From: Octopus sinensis | Taxonomy: Eukaryota | DNA: 64,000 nucleotides | Direction: 5' to 3' | NCBI RefSeq assembly: GCF_006345805.1 | Contig: NC_043006.1 | Coordinates: forward strand, 41,106,001 to 41,170,000 | In this document: piece after piece, positions 11,192 to 22,679 of the stretch | Numbering within the stretch: position 1 is the first letter of the stretch | Layout of the letters: the number at the start of each line of letters is the position of its first letter | Position numbers and translations under genes: made by a program | The notes under the pieces: model-generated | Databases searched by the model: none | Told to the model about the DNA's origin: nothing | What the model saw: the letters and a program-made list of their open reading frames with translations, nothing else

Positions 11192-11685
11192 GAGTGAGAG
11201 AGCAGCACATGTCACCAAAGTGACACGATAAAATATACGAAGCCCAGTATACCCATCATGACTACCTGTAGGCACATGCATCACAACCATATGTTCACGA
11301 CATGGTGATCTCATACCAAGATAAATAGCGCGGGACCTTGCAGATGGGACCCAGTTAGAATTTTCCTCAGGTTCAGTAATGCATCTCGCTCAAAAATTCC
11401 CTGGATAAGGTTTGTTTAAGGACGACGAACAAAACACCCATGCTTCTTAGCCCCCAAGAATTCCTCTCAACACATGTCTATGATGTTCCCCGACTACTTT
11501 TGATCGTGATCAGAGATGCACATATCGTCAGCCACTAAAGGACATGCTCAACTTGTTAAGGTCAAGCAACAGACATGTATATCTGTGGTATGGAGCAGAA
11601 TATTTGCTGTAGCCCATCTTTTACACCATGACAAAACAATGTACATGATAACACTTCCAATCAGTTAAGATCAAAAGCCATGAGT
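11192..11685 (-). mobile_element. ~500-bp non-coding island inserted in (TTA)n; candidate non-autonomous retroelement
   Basis: (TTA)n on both sides and no ORF. Shares an 11/13 motif with the 3' UTR of the R4/Dong copy at 33542. Confidence 0.35.
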
Positions 11686-11704
11686 TATTATTATTATTAT
11701 TATT

Positions 11705-11730
<26 letters not shown>

Positions 11731-11735
<5 letters not shown>

Positions 11736-12084
11736 ATGCTGAAATTCCAAAGAAGGAGCCTTGGATCTAGGTTAGAAACCAGCTCTTTCGCTATTGGCAA
11801 AAATCTTGAAATAAAACTGAATAATGAGAAACATACATACATATGTCTGGATATACAGCTATATGCATGAGAATACATAAAACAAAACATACAAATCTGC
11901 ACATATACATACATACATACATACATACATACATACATACATACATACATACATACATACATACAAGCAAACAAAAATACCCTGTTGTTGATGTTGAAAT
12001 TCCAATGAAGGAGTCTTGGATCTAGGTTAGAAACCAGCTCTTTTTCTGTTGGCGAGCAATCTTGAAATAAAACTGAACAATGAC
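11731..12084 (+). repeat. Two direct copies (offset ~255 bp) of a ~100-bp hairpin-forming element
   Basis: gaaattcca..gaaggag.cttggatctaggttagaaaccagctcttt..aatcttgaaataaaactga occurs at 11731 and 11986. Confidence 0.85.
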
Positions 12085-12204
12085 AAACATACATATGTGT
12101 ATGTATATATACGCATGTATGCATGCATGTACATATGTATGTACACACACACATACACACAACGCACGCACAAATACAGACACATACACACACACATAAT
12201 ATAA

Positions 12205-12365
12205 TGATTTCAATTTTGGCACAAGGCCAGCAATTTCGGGTGAGACGAGTAAGTAGACTATATCGAGCCCAGTACTCAACAGGTACTTATTTTATCGACC
12301 CCAAAATGATGAAAACCAAAATCAGTCTCGGGGCGGAATTTGAACTCAGAACGTGATGACAATCG
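12205..12365 (-). mobile_element. SINE family A, partial
   Basis: ttttggcacaaggccagcaatttc tail, Meta-like domain and B-box, in reverse. Confidence 0.8.
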
Positions 12366-13969
12366 AAATGCCATTGAGCGTTTTTCTCCTCTGTGTTTTC
12401 TCCCTCTCTTTCCTTCATTTTCCCTCCCGTATTATTTTTACCATTCTTTCACTTCTCTTATACATTCTCATCTCTTCCTGCCCCTCTTAACTGTTCACTC
12501 TTCAGTCTCCTATCTCTCCCTCTCCCTCTCTCTTTCCCTCTTACACTTTTCATTCCCCGTCTCTATCTTTTATATCCTTAATCGCCCATCTTTCTAGTTT
12601 CGCCTTCTACTCCTCTTTCTCCATTTAAATCTCATATTTTTTCTCCTTTCACATCTCATTATTTTCCTCTTAATCTTCCTCTCTTCATCTCTCTTGTGTT
12701 TGCGCGTGTTTGTACGTGTGTGTATCTGCCTATCCCTATCTTGTCTATTTGTCTAAATACATTTTCTCTCAACTTATCGCCTTTCTTCTTCTGTACTCCA
12801 CTTCCTTATATTCCTTTCGAATTTAAGCCTCACCTCCTCCCTATTTCTTCTCTTATATACCATCTAATCTTCAATATATAGATATACTTTGTATTCTATA
12901 TAATTTCTGTCACATTGAAGAAGAAGCTGCTATCCTTAACGAACATACAACATGCTTGTCTAATCACCGACAGCGGCCACAACAAAAAATAACAGATACT
13001 TCAACTACCAGTACAATCAACACTACTGCAATAATTACCAATAGCAACAACAACGACAACAGCGGCAACTACTACTAAAATTACTACAACAACAATATCA
13101 TCAACAACAACAATAGCAATAATGATAGTAATTACTTTCATCAACAGCACAAGCGTTTTCAGCGTCAATATTCCATCTCCGTACAACAATGATACCAACA
13201 ACTACAAAAGTAACAGCAAGACTCAAGATGCTCTTAGTACCACCACTGTAGCTACGGCTGTCTTCAACACAATCAGTACTACAACCAATAGCAACAACAA
13301 CAAGAACAACGGAAACTACATCATTTACGACTACCTCGACAATGAATGCAGCGAGTTACAGATGCTATCTGCTTGTCATTGATGGCCGCCATGTTTCTAA
13401 CTATACATTCCTTTATTTTCATCTCTATCACAGTATGATATTTCATCAAAAAAATGGCGGTTTTTCAGAAGTGGATTGACATTCGAGGAGCAGGTTGGCT
13501 CAGTAATTTAGTGTTAAGTACTTTAAATGACATAAGACGGCTGTGGTTGTTGCTGGCTTTCTTAGTAATGATTTTATCAATCAATCGTAGTTTTTTTTGT
13601 TTATGTTGGTAACAGTTATTGAAGTTGTAGCTGTTGTTCGTGAAATAGCAGAAGTTGTTGTTGTTCCTGTTAACACACATGATTATAAAGGTATGACAAG
13701 ATGGTAAGTGTTTCGACGGAAAATGAAAACACTTGTCGTCAAGAACTGCTGGTGAATAAATGCAACGGCGGGAGGAAAAAATGGGGTGGTGGGTGGTTAT
13801 TTTTATGGTGTCGTCAAAAAGTAGATTATGTTGACAGCTGAGAAATTATTATGACAATCGAAACAGGACAATTGTTACTCGGGAATGGATGCAAAAAAAA
13901 ACACATATACAGAAAGACGTACTCAGACATGTATGTCTATAATGCATTCATATTGCGTCACTTTACATA

Positions 13970-13995
13970 CATGCATACATACATACATACATACA

Positions 13996-14031
<36 letters not shown>

Positions 14032-14371
14032 TATATACACACACATATATATATATACATATATATAAATATGTACATATGTATACACATATATATACAT
14101 GCATACATATATATGTACATATATATGCATGCATAAATACACACACATGTGTATATGTGTCAATATATGTATTTCCCATCTTTCTGTCATGTATGTATAT
14201 ATATGTGTATATATATATACTTATGTAATATCTATAATTATATTCGCATTCTCATATACATACGTACAAACATTTATACATACATACATGCATGCATACA
14301 TACATACATACATACATACATACATACATACATACATACATACATACATACATACATACATACATACATAC
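13970..14371. repeat. (TACA)n/(AT)n compound array
   Basis: Direct reading. Confidence 0.9.
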
Positions 14372-15148
14372 GCAGCCTCTCTTGGACACAAGACAACTAC
14401 ATCACATCAGACTTAGAAGGCTATGCGTTTGAAATCCAGGAACAGGAGATTGCCACAAAGTATCTGTCGAACAAGAGAGACAGTGGCACTCTTGTAATCC
14501 CAAGGTGTAACCGCATGTGTAGGCTATGTCATGTTTCTGTGGACGACATTACGCATGTGATTAGCAGCTGTCCTGAAATGTCGTCACGGTAAACCTTCCA
14601 ATGCGGCACGATGTTGTTGCTAAAACAATTTACAATGCCATCCGCAAAAAAGACTGTCCTGAAATAAACTTAGAAAATCCCTCTTTTATGGAATACATAC
14701 ATACAAACCAACTCAAGGAACACTGGTGAAATATTCCCATCAAAACGTCTGTTAAATGTAAACATAACTGGCTGGATATTGTTGTTTGGGACAGAGGGGA
14801 AAAGGTATGTATATAAATATCTCTTTGAAAATCAAAGCAAAAGAGGATATCTATGGACAACTGCTTCGAAACCTCCAAATTCTATAGCCAGACTATGAAT
14901 TCATATTCATACCAATAATAATTGGAGCACAAGGTTTTGTTAGTAAATGCTTAAAGGAGAATCTGGATAAACTGGGATTTTTAGAAAGACAAATCAATCA
15001 GCTAATTCGTACATTACAATTGCAATCTGTGAGAGGAACAGTAAAAATGTGCAAGGCTTTTCTCAAGTTCCAAATGTGAATTTGTATGTGTTAACTTTAT
15101 CTCAAAGATGGAGCCTTGTATCTCTATTGGAAAGTGGCTCCCTTCTCA
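14372..15148 (+). mobile_element. 5'-truncated RLE-type (R4-like) non-LTR retrotransposon, C-terminal fragment
   Basis: CRLCHVSVDDITHVISSCP zinc knuckle, RHDVVAK, a degraded endonuclease DIVVWD, FIPIIIGAQG, and stop at 15077-15079. Carries stops and frameshifts. Confidence 0.85.
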
Positions 15149-15155
15149 GTGTGTA

Positions 15156-15199
<44 letters not shown>

Positions 15200-15519
15200 C
15201 GAGAGAATATTATATTCACCGCTTTTTATGAATATTAGAACGAATATTTGAGATCAATGTCTTTATCAATTATTCACAGTAGTAAACATGTAGCAAATCA
15301 ATAGAACCAAGTCAAAATGTGTTTTGTCATGTCTAATGGCATATTGATGAAAGCTCTAATATAAAAGTTTCATATTCGGAACGAGAAAAGTCACTACTAA
15401 GGTTTTAGCAATAGAAACCATGTGCGGAGTAGAGCGTTTTAAGGTGATTTTTCTGGATTTTAGAAAACCGAGATATACTTAGATAAAAACATAGAGATCC
15501 TAATCTAGTGTAATATATT

Positions 15520-15755
15520 AAATGAAGTTACCTTCTCGAGCCATGCCGACTTTCCCAGTTTCCATGGTGTATGTATATTCCCCACCTGGACGCCAGTTCG
15601 TCGCAGGAGTGTTAATTTTTGCCAGCTGAGTGGACTGGAGCAAGGTGAAATGAAGTGTTTTGCTCAAGAACACAATGCACTGCCTGGTCCAGGAATCGAA
15701 CCCACAATCTTACGATCATGAGTCCAACACTCTAACCCCTGAGACACGTTCCTCC
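15520..15755 (-). mobile_element. tRNA SINE family C variant with RTE-like tail
   Basis: Reverse B-box ggaatcgaaccc. 16-bp TSD tctagtgtaat(a/g)tatt at 15504-15519 and 15756-15771. Confidence 0.8.
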
Positions 15756-15834
15756 TCTAGTGTAATGTATTGGTCTCTTCTGTAATGATTGAACCTATGC
15801 TATTTGTCAATTCTCTGAGATAGTATCTAAATAT

Positions 15835-16197
15835 ATCTGTGAAAGGGGCTTGTTTCATCAGGACACTGCTCCGGTACACAAACCCTTGATTTCAACGGCT
15901 GCTGTGCTTCGAAGTTTTTGATCATCCTGACTTTGGCTTAGAACTGGTTGATCATCCTCCCAATTCTACTGACTTGGTCCCATCTGACTATAGTATGTTC
16001 CCCAGCATGGAAAACCACTTGGCTGGATACCAGTATCATATCTGTTGTTGATGACTTTTTCGACCAACGGGATGAAAACGTCATCAATGGGATCCAGGCA
16101 GTGCAGGGAGGACAGTAGGTTGAAAAATAAGTCTGATTTGGTCACATTGCATGAGAATATCTCGGTCAGCCTATGGACTTTTTAGCCAACCCTCGTA
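15835..16197 (+). mobile_element. Mariner 3' fragment
   Basis: LFHQDTAPVH and LELVDHPPNSTDLVPSDY motifs; right end ..ttagccaaccctcgta. Confidence 0.8.
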
Positions 16198-16429
16198 ACT
16201 CTTGGCCATGCGTGAGACTAAAAGTCACGCATCTTTGCAAAGTCACCTTCTGAGCTTGGGACGATATTCTACAAGTTCCGATATTCATACACATTTTGAC
16301 ACCGATTTTTCTGAACGAAGTTGATCTGAAATACATACAGGATGCAATGAGTACATTGTCGCCAGTTATATTTTTAATTTCACGCATACACATTGTTTTT
16401 GATTTTGTCGACTACACGGTATAGTAGGG

Positions 16430-16647
16430 TCAGTTGGGCATAGTTTGTGAGAAAAATAGAACCATGACGCAATTCACTCTGCTAGAAATTTGGAAATGAT
16501 GTGCTGTACTGTTTGGCATTCGCGCCGGAAGCTCCAATACGAACATGTTCCGAGAGGGATAAAAATCAAACATCCAGTCAATATCATGGTGTTTGGAGTG
16601 ATCACTAGTGACTTTTTGCGTAATTTGGACGACAGTTTATTCACCGC

Positions 16648-16652
<5 letters not shown>
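16430..16652 (+). mobile_element. DD37D/maT-like Tc1-mariner fragment
   Basis: KIKHPVNIMVFGVITSD motif and TIR-like end ttattcaccgcacccta abutting (AT)n. Confidence 0.45.
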
Positions 16653-16718
<66 letters not shown>

Positions 16719-17310
16719 CAAGATGAAAGCTACAAAAACTTTTTTTTCCAATCTACATAATTATATTAATGTAAGATTCACTTGTTGGCGCAATGGTGTT
16801 ATCTAAGTTTAAAGCTTTGAAAAGCAGGGATTTTGAAATAGAAGGTTAAAAATCAATAATATCGAACTGGACAAACTTAGTCATTCTTATCATACATGTT
16901 ACTGAAGCATTCGAAAGCTGATATGCTATTAATACTGCATCACAAAGGAAGAAGAATTACATCATTTTGTAAAATTCCACATACAGTTGTCTCTCAAATA
17001 TACTCGGTAACTCTTCCAGTCTCAGATTTTGCTGAATTAATAAATCTGCATTTTGGATTGCTATAGAAATTAAGTTTATGGTAGATGAGATCATATTACA
17101 TTGCCCCTGCCAATATCTTTAATTTCTGAGGCGGCGAGCTGGCTGAATCGTTAACACGCAGATAAGAGACAAAAAAATATAGCTTCCGAGAGTACTTTGT
17201 GAGAAAAAAAGAGAAAACAAAACAGAACAAAAAGAAAACAAACAAGAAATAAAAAAGAAAGATTAACCTTTTCTTTTCTTAACAGAATATAAATGTTATA
17301 GATCGTACCG

Positions 17311-17612
17311 TGGAGGCGCAATGGCCCAGTGGTTGGGCCAACGGACTCGCGGTCGGAGGATCGCGGTTTCGATTCCCAGACCGGGCGTTGTGTGTGTTTA
17401 TTGAGCGAAAATACCTAAAACCCCAGGAGGCTCCGTTAGGGGGTGGTGGCGACCCCTGTTGTACTCTTTCGCCACAACTTTCTCTCACTCTCTCTTCCTG
17501 TTTCTTGAGTAACGCTGCGATGGACTGGCGTTCCGTCCAGCTGGGTTAAGCACATACGCCACAGAAACCAAGAAACCGGGCCCATGAGCCTGGCTAGTCT
17601 TGAAATGGGCAA
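17311..17612 (+). mobile_element. tRNA SINE family C
   Basis: Head tggaggcgcaatggcccagtgg..gtttcgattccc; tail gaaaccgggcccatgagcc. Confidence 0.85.
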
Positions 17613-17854
17613 CGAAATAGGTTGATACATTTTTACTAGTGCAGTTCCTTAGACATCTGTAACTATGTACAGAAAACAATGGATATATGCAAACACCTAA
17701 ATAAAAAAAAATAAAAAACAGAAAGTACTCACTATTAAGAATAGAGTTATATATTTTGATATTTGATTAGAAAGTGAAATTTCACTGCTTCACAGTTTCT
17801 TCGAATATTGGATTTTCGATCTTCTTAGGATAGTGATAAAAATGCGCATTTATC

Positions 17855-18175
17855 TTATATCGTTTATTTGTGCCAGTCATTGGACTGCGACCATGCTGGG
17901 GCACCGCCTTGGAGGGTTTTTGTTGAACAAACCGACACTTCTGCTTATGCTTTTTAAGTCTTTTACCGAACCACTAAGTTACGTAGACGTAAACAAACCA
18001 ACACTGGTTGTCAAGTGTAGTAGGGGTGTCAAACACAGAAATATATATAGGTATGGTGATGCAAACAGGAAAAACAGAATTCAAAATATGAGTGTTCTTT
18101 TATTGGTTTCAGTCATTTGACTGCAGACATGCTGGAGTATCGCCTTTAGTCGAGCAAATCGACCCAAGGACTTAT
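17855..18175 (-). mobile_element. SINE family B 3' fragments (two pieces)
   Basis: gtcattggactgcgaccatgctgg..accgcctt and ccgaaccactaagttacg match family B in reverse. Confidence 0.7.
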
Positions 18176-18234
18176 TAAGCATTAGAAAAAGAAACATAGT
18201 TGTTTCTTGTAATAAATATATCTAAAGGAAAAAA

Positions 18235-18352
18235 TTTTCATGGACCTTTAAAATACTACTGTAGATCCTTAATTTATCGTTCTGCTTCCACGGATCCCAA
18301 AAGCCTTATATGGACCTCATGGTTCATATGGACCCCAATTGAGAACCCTTGC
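18235..18352. mobile_element. hAT (Charlie-like) right-end fragment
   Basis: Repeated atggacc subterminal motifs ending attgagaacccttg, followed by ctcta. Confidence 0.4.
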
Positions 18353-19067
18353 TCTAATGCCTCGTTCGTTTATTAAAACAAATTGTATAACACATAGGTT
18401 ATGTTTAACTCTTTCTTCCTTTATGTGTAAACAAAGATTGACAGCATTAATATAGCTAGACGTGTAGTGTAGTAATGTTTATAAAATAATGTCTGACAAT
18501 TTTCGTAGAGCGAGGTTGTGTACCATATTGCATAAAAGTTATATGAGATAGTTTTCGATTTCTAATAAGTTGAAATCACACATGTCATTGCAGCATAGAC
18601 AATAATTATCATCAATGATAGCCTTTGATTCCAATTTATATTCTGAGCCGCGATCGACTGAAACTTCTACAGTTACAGCGAATAATTTCTTCTCTAAGAT
18701 ATAAGCTTGTACAAAATGCGTGTGTGCAAACGGGCATCTTCTGTTTATATTTGGCATTTAGTCTCATAACTCACAGAGACATATTCATGTCAGGAATTTC
18801 TGGCAAGTCAGACTGACGGAGTCAATACCTCTTTAATCTCTGCTAAGCACTGTTAACAATAAAAACTAAGTTAACTTTATGGCCGCAGCTAACACTAAAG
18901 ATATGTATCTCTTGTTTATCTGTCATGTCAGCACCATTGAGGCTACCGGTTACAAAAACCAGCCCGCAATTAAAACAATATTAAGATATATAAAATTAAC
19001 TAGACAAATCCATTAATTCTATTATTAATATTTTTATTGCAGAGTTAAACAACCCTAGGCAGCACCC

Positions 19068-19516
19068 ATGATTCTTCGATGGGGACGTCCGTTTCGTGAA
19101 TTTCATTCACAAGATTATGACAGAAAAAACTTGCTGAAGGTTCCTCGAACTGACATCGAACAGGGAAGCACTAAATTGCAGAACGAACTCGTTAATCACA
19201 CAACCATAAATGTGCCTGCGTGTGCTTTAAACCAAATATGTTTGGAGTACAAACCGCCATCAAATATATCATTTGATACAGGTGAGTATAAAATGTGCAA
19301 GACAAACATTGACCATACGAGTTCGAAACATTGTATTTTTTGTGCAACTCTCAGACATACCTACAATTGTCGTCTGTCTATCGTATACGATGAAGATGGA
19401 TCGCGAAAGTGGAATCAGATGCGGTGTTCGTCCGGCGATTATATCCCTTATAGATGAACTGTATTTAAAAATACAAAGCAATAACAGTAGGAGTAGAATA
19501 TCATGCAGCAGTAGCG
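19068..19516 (+). other. Candidate pair of phase-compatible coding exons (19068-19281 and 19355-19516)
   Basis: Donor cag|gtgagt, 73-nt intron, acceptor ttttttgtgcaactctcag|. The phase-1 join keeps the frame open. No homology recognised. Confidence 0.25.
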
Positions 19517-19803
19517 GTTAGAAAACTGGATGTGCATTTCGGCCTCATTGCACTTTGTCAGTAGCTAGGACAAAATAACTGAAATTAATTAGTTAAATCT
19601 ATCTATCTTACATAAAAAAAACAAGGTTTGGAAACGCACAATGTGACAATACATCGTTGATAATTCTCTAATGTCTAAAACCTCAAACATTACGTAAATT
19701 TTCCCTTCGAATTTTTGAGTAAATTGGTGTTGCAAATAGAGTTAGTACTGAAACAATTGTAACGAATCATTGAAGATATGTAAAAGAACTTTCTTTGTCT
19801 TCT

Positions 19804-19898
<95 letters not shown>

Positions 19899-20349
19899 TA
19901 GAATCGACAATTAAGCGTGAAGTATCTAGCTTATGGGCGTAAGCATTGCTGTATATTTAAGAATTTCACTTCGAAATTTTCTTTGTTTCGGGTTCGAATC
20001 CACGTCGCCTCCACCTTTTAATATTATTCTATGTCTATATATAAAATTTGTCTATTAATTTTTTAAATCAACCTAACAACAATAGGCTTAGGTATCTAGG
20101 ATTATTGTTTGTGAGACTGGAAAAAACTTGAAAGATTGAAAACAGTGTTACCGTAATTCTTATAAAACTTCTGACAAAAGGCACAACGAGAAAACCTTGC
20201 ACAGTTACTTCTTGTGGCTTCTTGGGTTAGTATATTCTACTATAGCCACGGGTCCAAAAAAGCCTTGTGAGTGAATATTGATAAAGGAAACCCATATTCT
20301 CAACGAATATACGTGACTCGTCTCTTCATTTACCTAACTCCCGAGGCGC

Positions 20350-20640
20350 TTGAGACCTTTCATCGAAATCCAGTTTGTAGTAAGCCTTCAGCATAGGTCT
20401 CTGCTCTGACCTTATTATTTTCCCTTAAAGTATCCAGTCTCAAAGCCCTCCGAACAACTTTGGTGGATGTTATCCTTATTCTTGTGACTAATCCGAAATT
20501 ATATTACCTTGTGGTAACAGGTATTGCCTCTTTGAAAAGTGGACATTTTAGCTGGTCTTCAAACTTTGTAATATCTACGATTCAAATATACGTAGGTCTG
20601 ATATGGAAACTGTCATCTCCTTGATCAATATCTACAAGAA
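20350..20640 (-). pseudogene. Possible Helitron/PIF1 helicase remnant
   Basis: FKEAIPVTTR and LRLDTLRENNKVRAETYAEGLLQTG loosely resemble GDFRQILPV..LTKNMR..FAEWLLxIG. Stops and frameshifts present. Confidence 0.3.
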
Positions 20641-21377
20641 GTCATCCTCTAAACTGTATGTCTAAACCGCTTGATATAGCGACCATATCTGTATACTGTC
20701 TCCCCCATTCATCTGTTTATTTAATGTTAATACAATGTTTGAATGAATGCAAAATACTTTCTTGTTAAGGTAAAACAGCTACACATATCACTGCTTCCTA
20801 TACTAAGCTGTGTAATTATCTTGCATCATGTATTTTTCTTCCTTTATTGGAAAGGCTTGTTCTCTTCGCAAGAATAGGATAAAAACAAGAAGATTAGACA
20901 ACAAAGAAACGTACGGTACGTAAAGAAACAACACAAAAATATTCAGTTCTTTAAACATTGCTTAGTAACATCTTTTCTTCTTCAAAGACAAAGTGGAACA
21001 AATCAAACAGCTGAATATATGTAAGATAATATGAAGATATTGATAGGGCGCAGAGAAAGAGAAGGACAGACGAAATGATAGACTGGGAGAATGAGAGAAA
21101 GGCTGAGTGAGAGGAGAGACAGAAGAAGAGAAATGGAGGCATGGAAGAAAGGGAGAGAGAAACAATAGGAGAGGGTGAAAAAGAATTGTGGCTGTAAAAA
21201 AACAGATAGATAAATAAGGAGAGTGAGTGATAGGAGCATGAAGAAGAGATTGAGAACAAAGGAGTGAGAGGGAGAGTTAGAAAGAAAGAACGGGTGCGAG
21301 AGAGAGAGATAGAGAGAGAGAGAGAGAAAGAGAGAGAGGTAGGTTTGTTGTTGAAAAAATAGTCATATTTACAAAAA

Positions 21378-21416
<39 letters not shown>

Positions 21417-21827
21417 CAGGAAGAAAGAAAAAAAAAGAAAATTTTGTTGATGCCGATAATAGAGATGATGGTGATAATAACATTGATGAGGGAGAAAGCG
21501 AAAAGGTAAAAAAAATATTTGAAGTAAATAAGAAAGACTTTAATAATACAGTTTAAACATATTTGCGACTTAGAAATAGGGTTGGTGAAATATGAAGATG
21601 TATAAAATGGTTAAAGCATAGACAGCGCCCCAACGCTGTACACACACGTGCGCGCATATATATATGTATGTATAAAAGTTCAATTAGGGGTTAAAATTAG
21701 CCTCATTAAGGGATAATAATGTTCAATGAATTTATTGGTTTCTTACCAATTATTTATTTAGAATATTAAATTTAATATTCATAAATAGGTAATTAAATAA
21801 ACCGAGGTTTATATCTATTTAAGAAAA

Positions 21828-21930
21828 ATAAGAAAATAGAGATAAATCAATTAATAATTAATTATATTTGTTAATTACAAAAAATTGTAATTAATAAATA
21901 TAATTATTAATTGATTTATCTCTATTTTCT

Positions 21931-21933
<3 letters not shown>
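21828..21933. repeat. AT-rich near-perfect hairpin (~50-bp arms, 4-nt loop)
   Basis: ataagaaaatagagataaatcaattaataatt / aattattaattgatttatctctattttcttat. Confidence 0.9.
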
Positions 21934-21968
<35 letters not shown>

Positions 21969-21971
<3 letters not shown>

Positions 21972-22357
21972 TATTATTATCGCCCGGCGTTACTGGGGTT
22001 TGTGAGGGAAATAACTATATAATCATTTTTAAAGTATAATAGCCATCTCAATATGGCTAACCACAAAGGGGGGGGGTGTTACTGTAGCTTTTTACGTTCT
22101 GAGATTTAATAATAAATTTTTAGAGAGTTACTTCCCTTATATATGCCAAAAATGCATTAAAAATGTGAAAAATTGATGGTAAATTTTTTTTTAAATCGTA
22201 GACTCCTCGTAGACGCGCGCTAATACCCAGAAGGGCTCGATATGAATCACGACTATAAGATACCCGGTTTTGGTTAAACTGCACCACAAAATGTGGGAGT
22301 AGTTAGGAATCTAAATCGTAGGAGACAGACACACAACCTCTCTTTTATATATAAAGA

Positions 22358-22358
<1 letters not shown>
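21969..22358 (+). mobile_element. Non-autonomous Helitron-like element in (AT)n
   Basis: 5' tact..cgcccggcgtt..gggtttg and 3' gacagacacacaacctctcttttatatataaagat resemble Lep1/HINE-type termini. No TSD. Confidence 0.5.
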
Positions 22359-22409
<51 letters not shown>

Positions 22410-22414
22410 CTTAT

Positions 22415-22590
22415 AATCTTTCATTCCTTTACTCGTTTCAGTAATTAGACTCCGGCCATGCTGGGGCATCGCCTCGAAGATGTTTTTAGCCTGACGAATA
22501 ACTCCAATACTTGTTTTAAAATTTGCTAGTTTTATTTTAGCAGTCTCCTTTGACGTAAACAAATCAATTCAGATTGTCAAACGGTGGTGG
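22415..22590 (-). mobile_element. SINE family B 3' part
   Basis: tactcgtttcagt..ccatgctggggcatcgcct matches the family B tail. Confidence 0.7.
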
Positions 22591-22598
22591 GAGTCAAA

Positions 22599-22667
<69 letters not shown>

Positions 22668-22679
22668 CACATGCAATTG

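Noticed and set aside
18539-18757. Minus ORF with CLCCNDMC resembling a Ly6/three-finger end
   Set aside because: The terminal CN and other cysteines are missing, and no splice context supports it.
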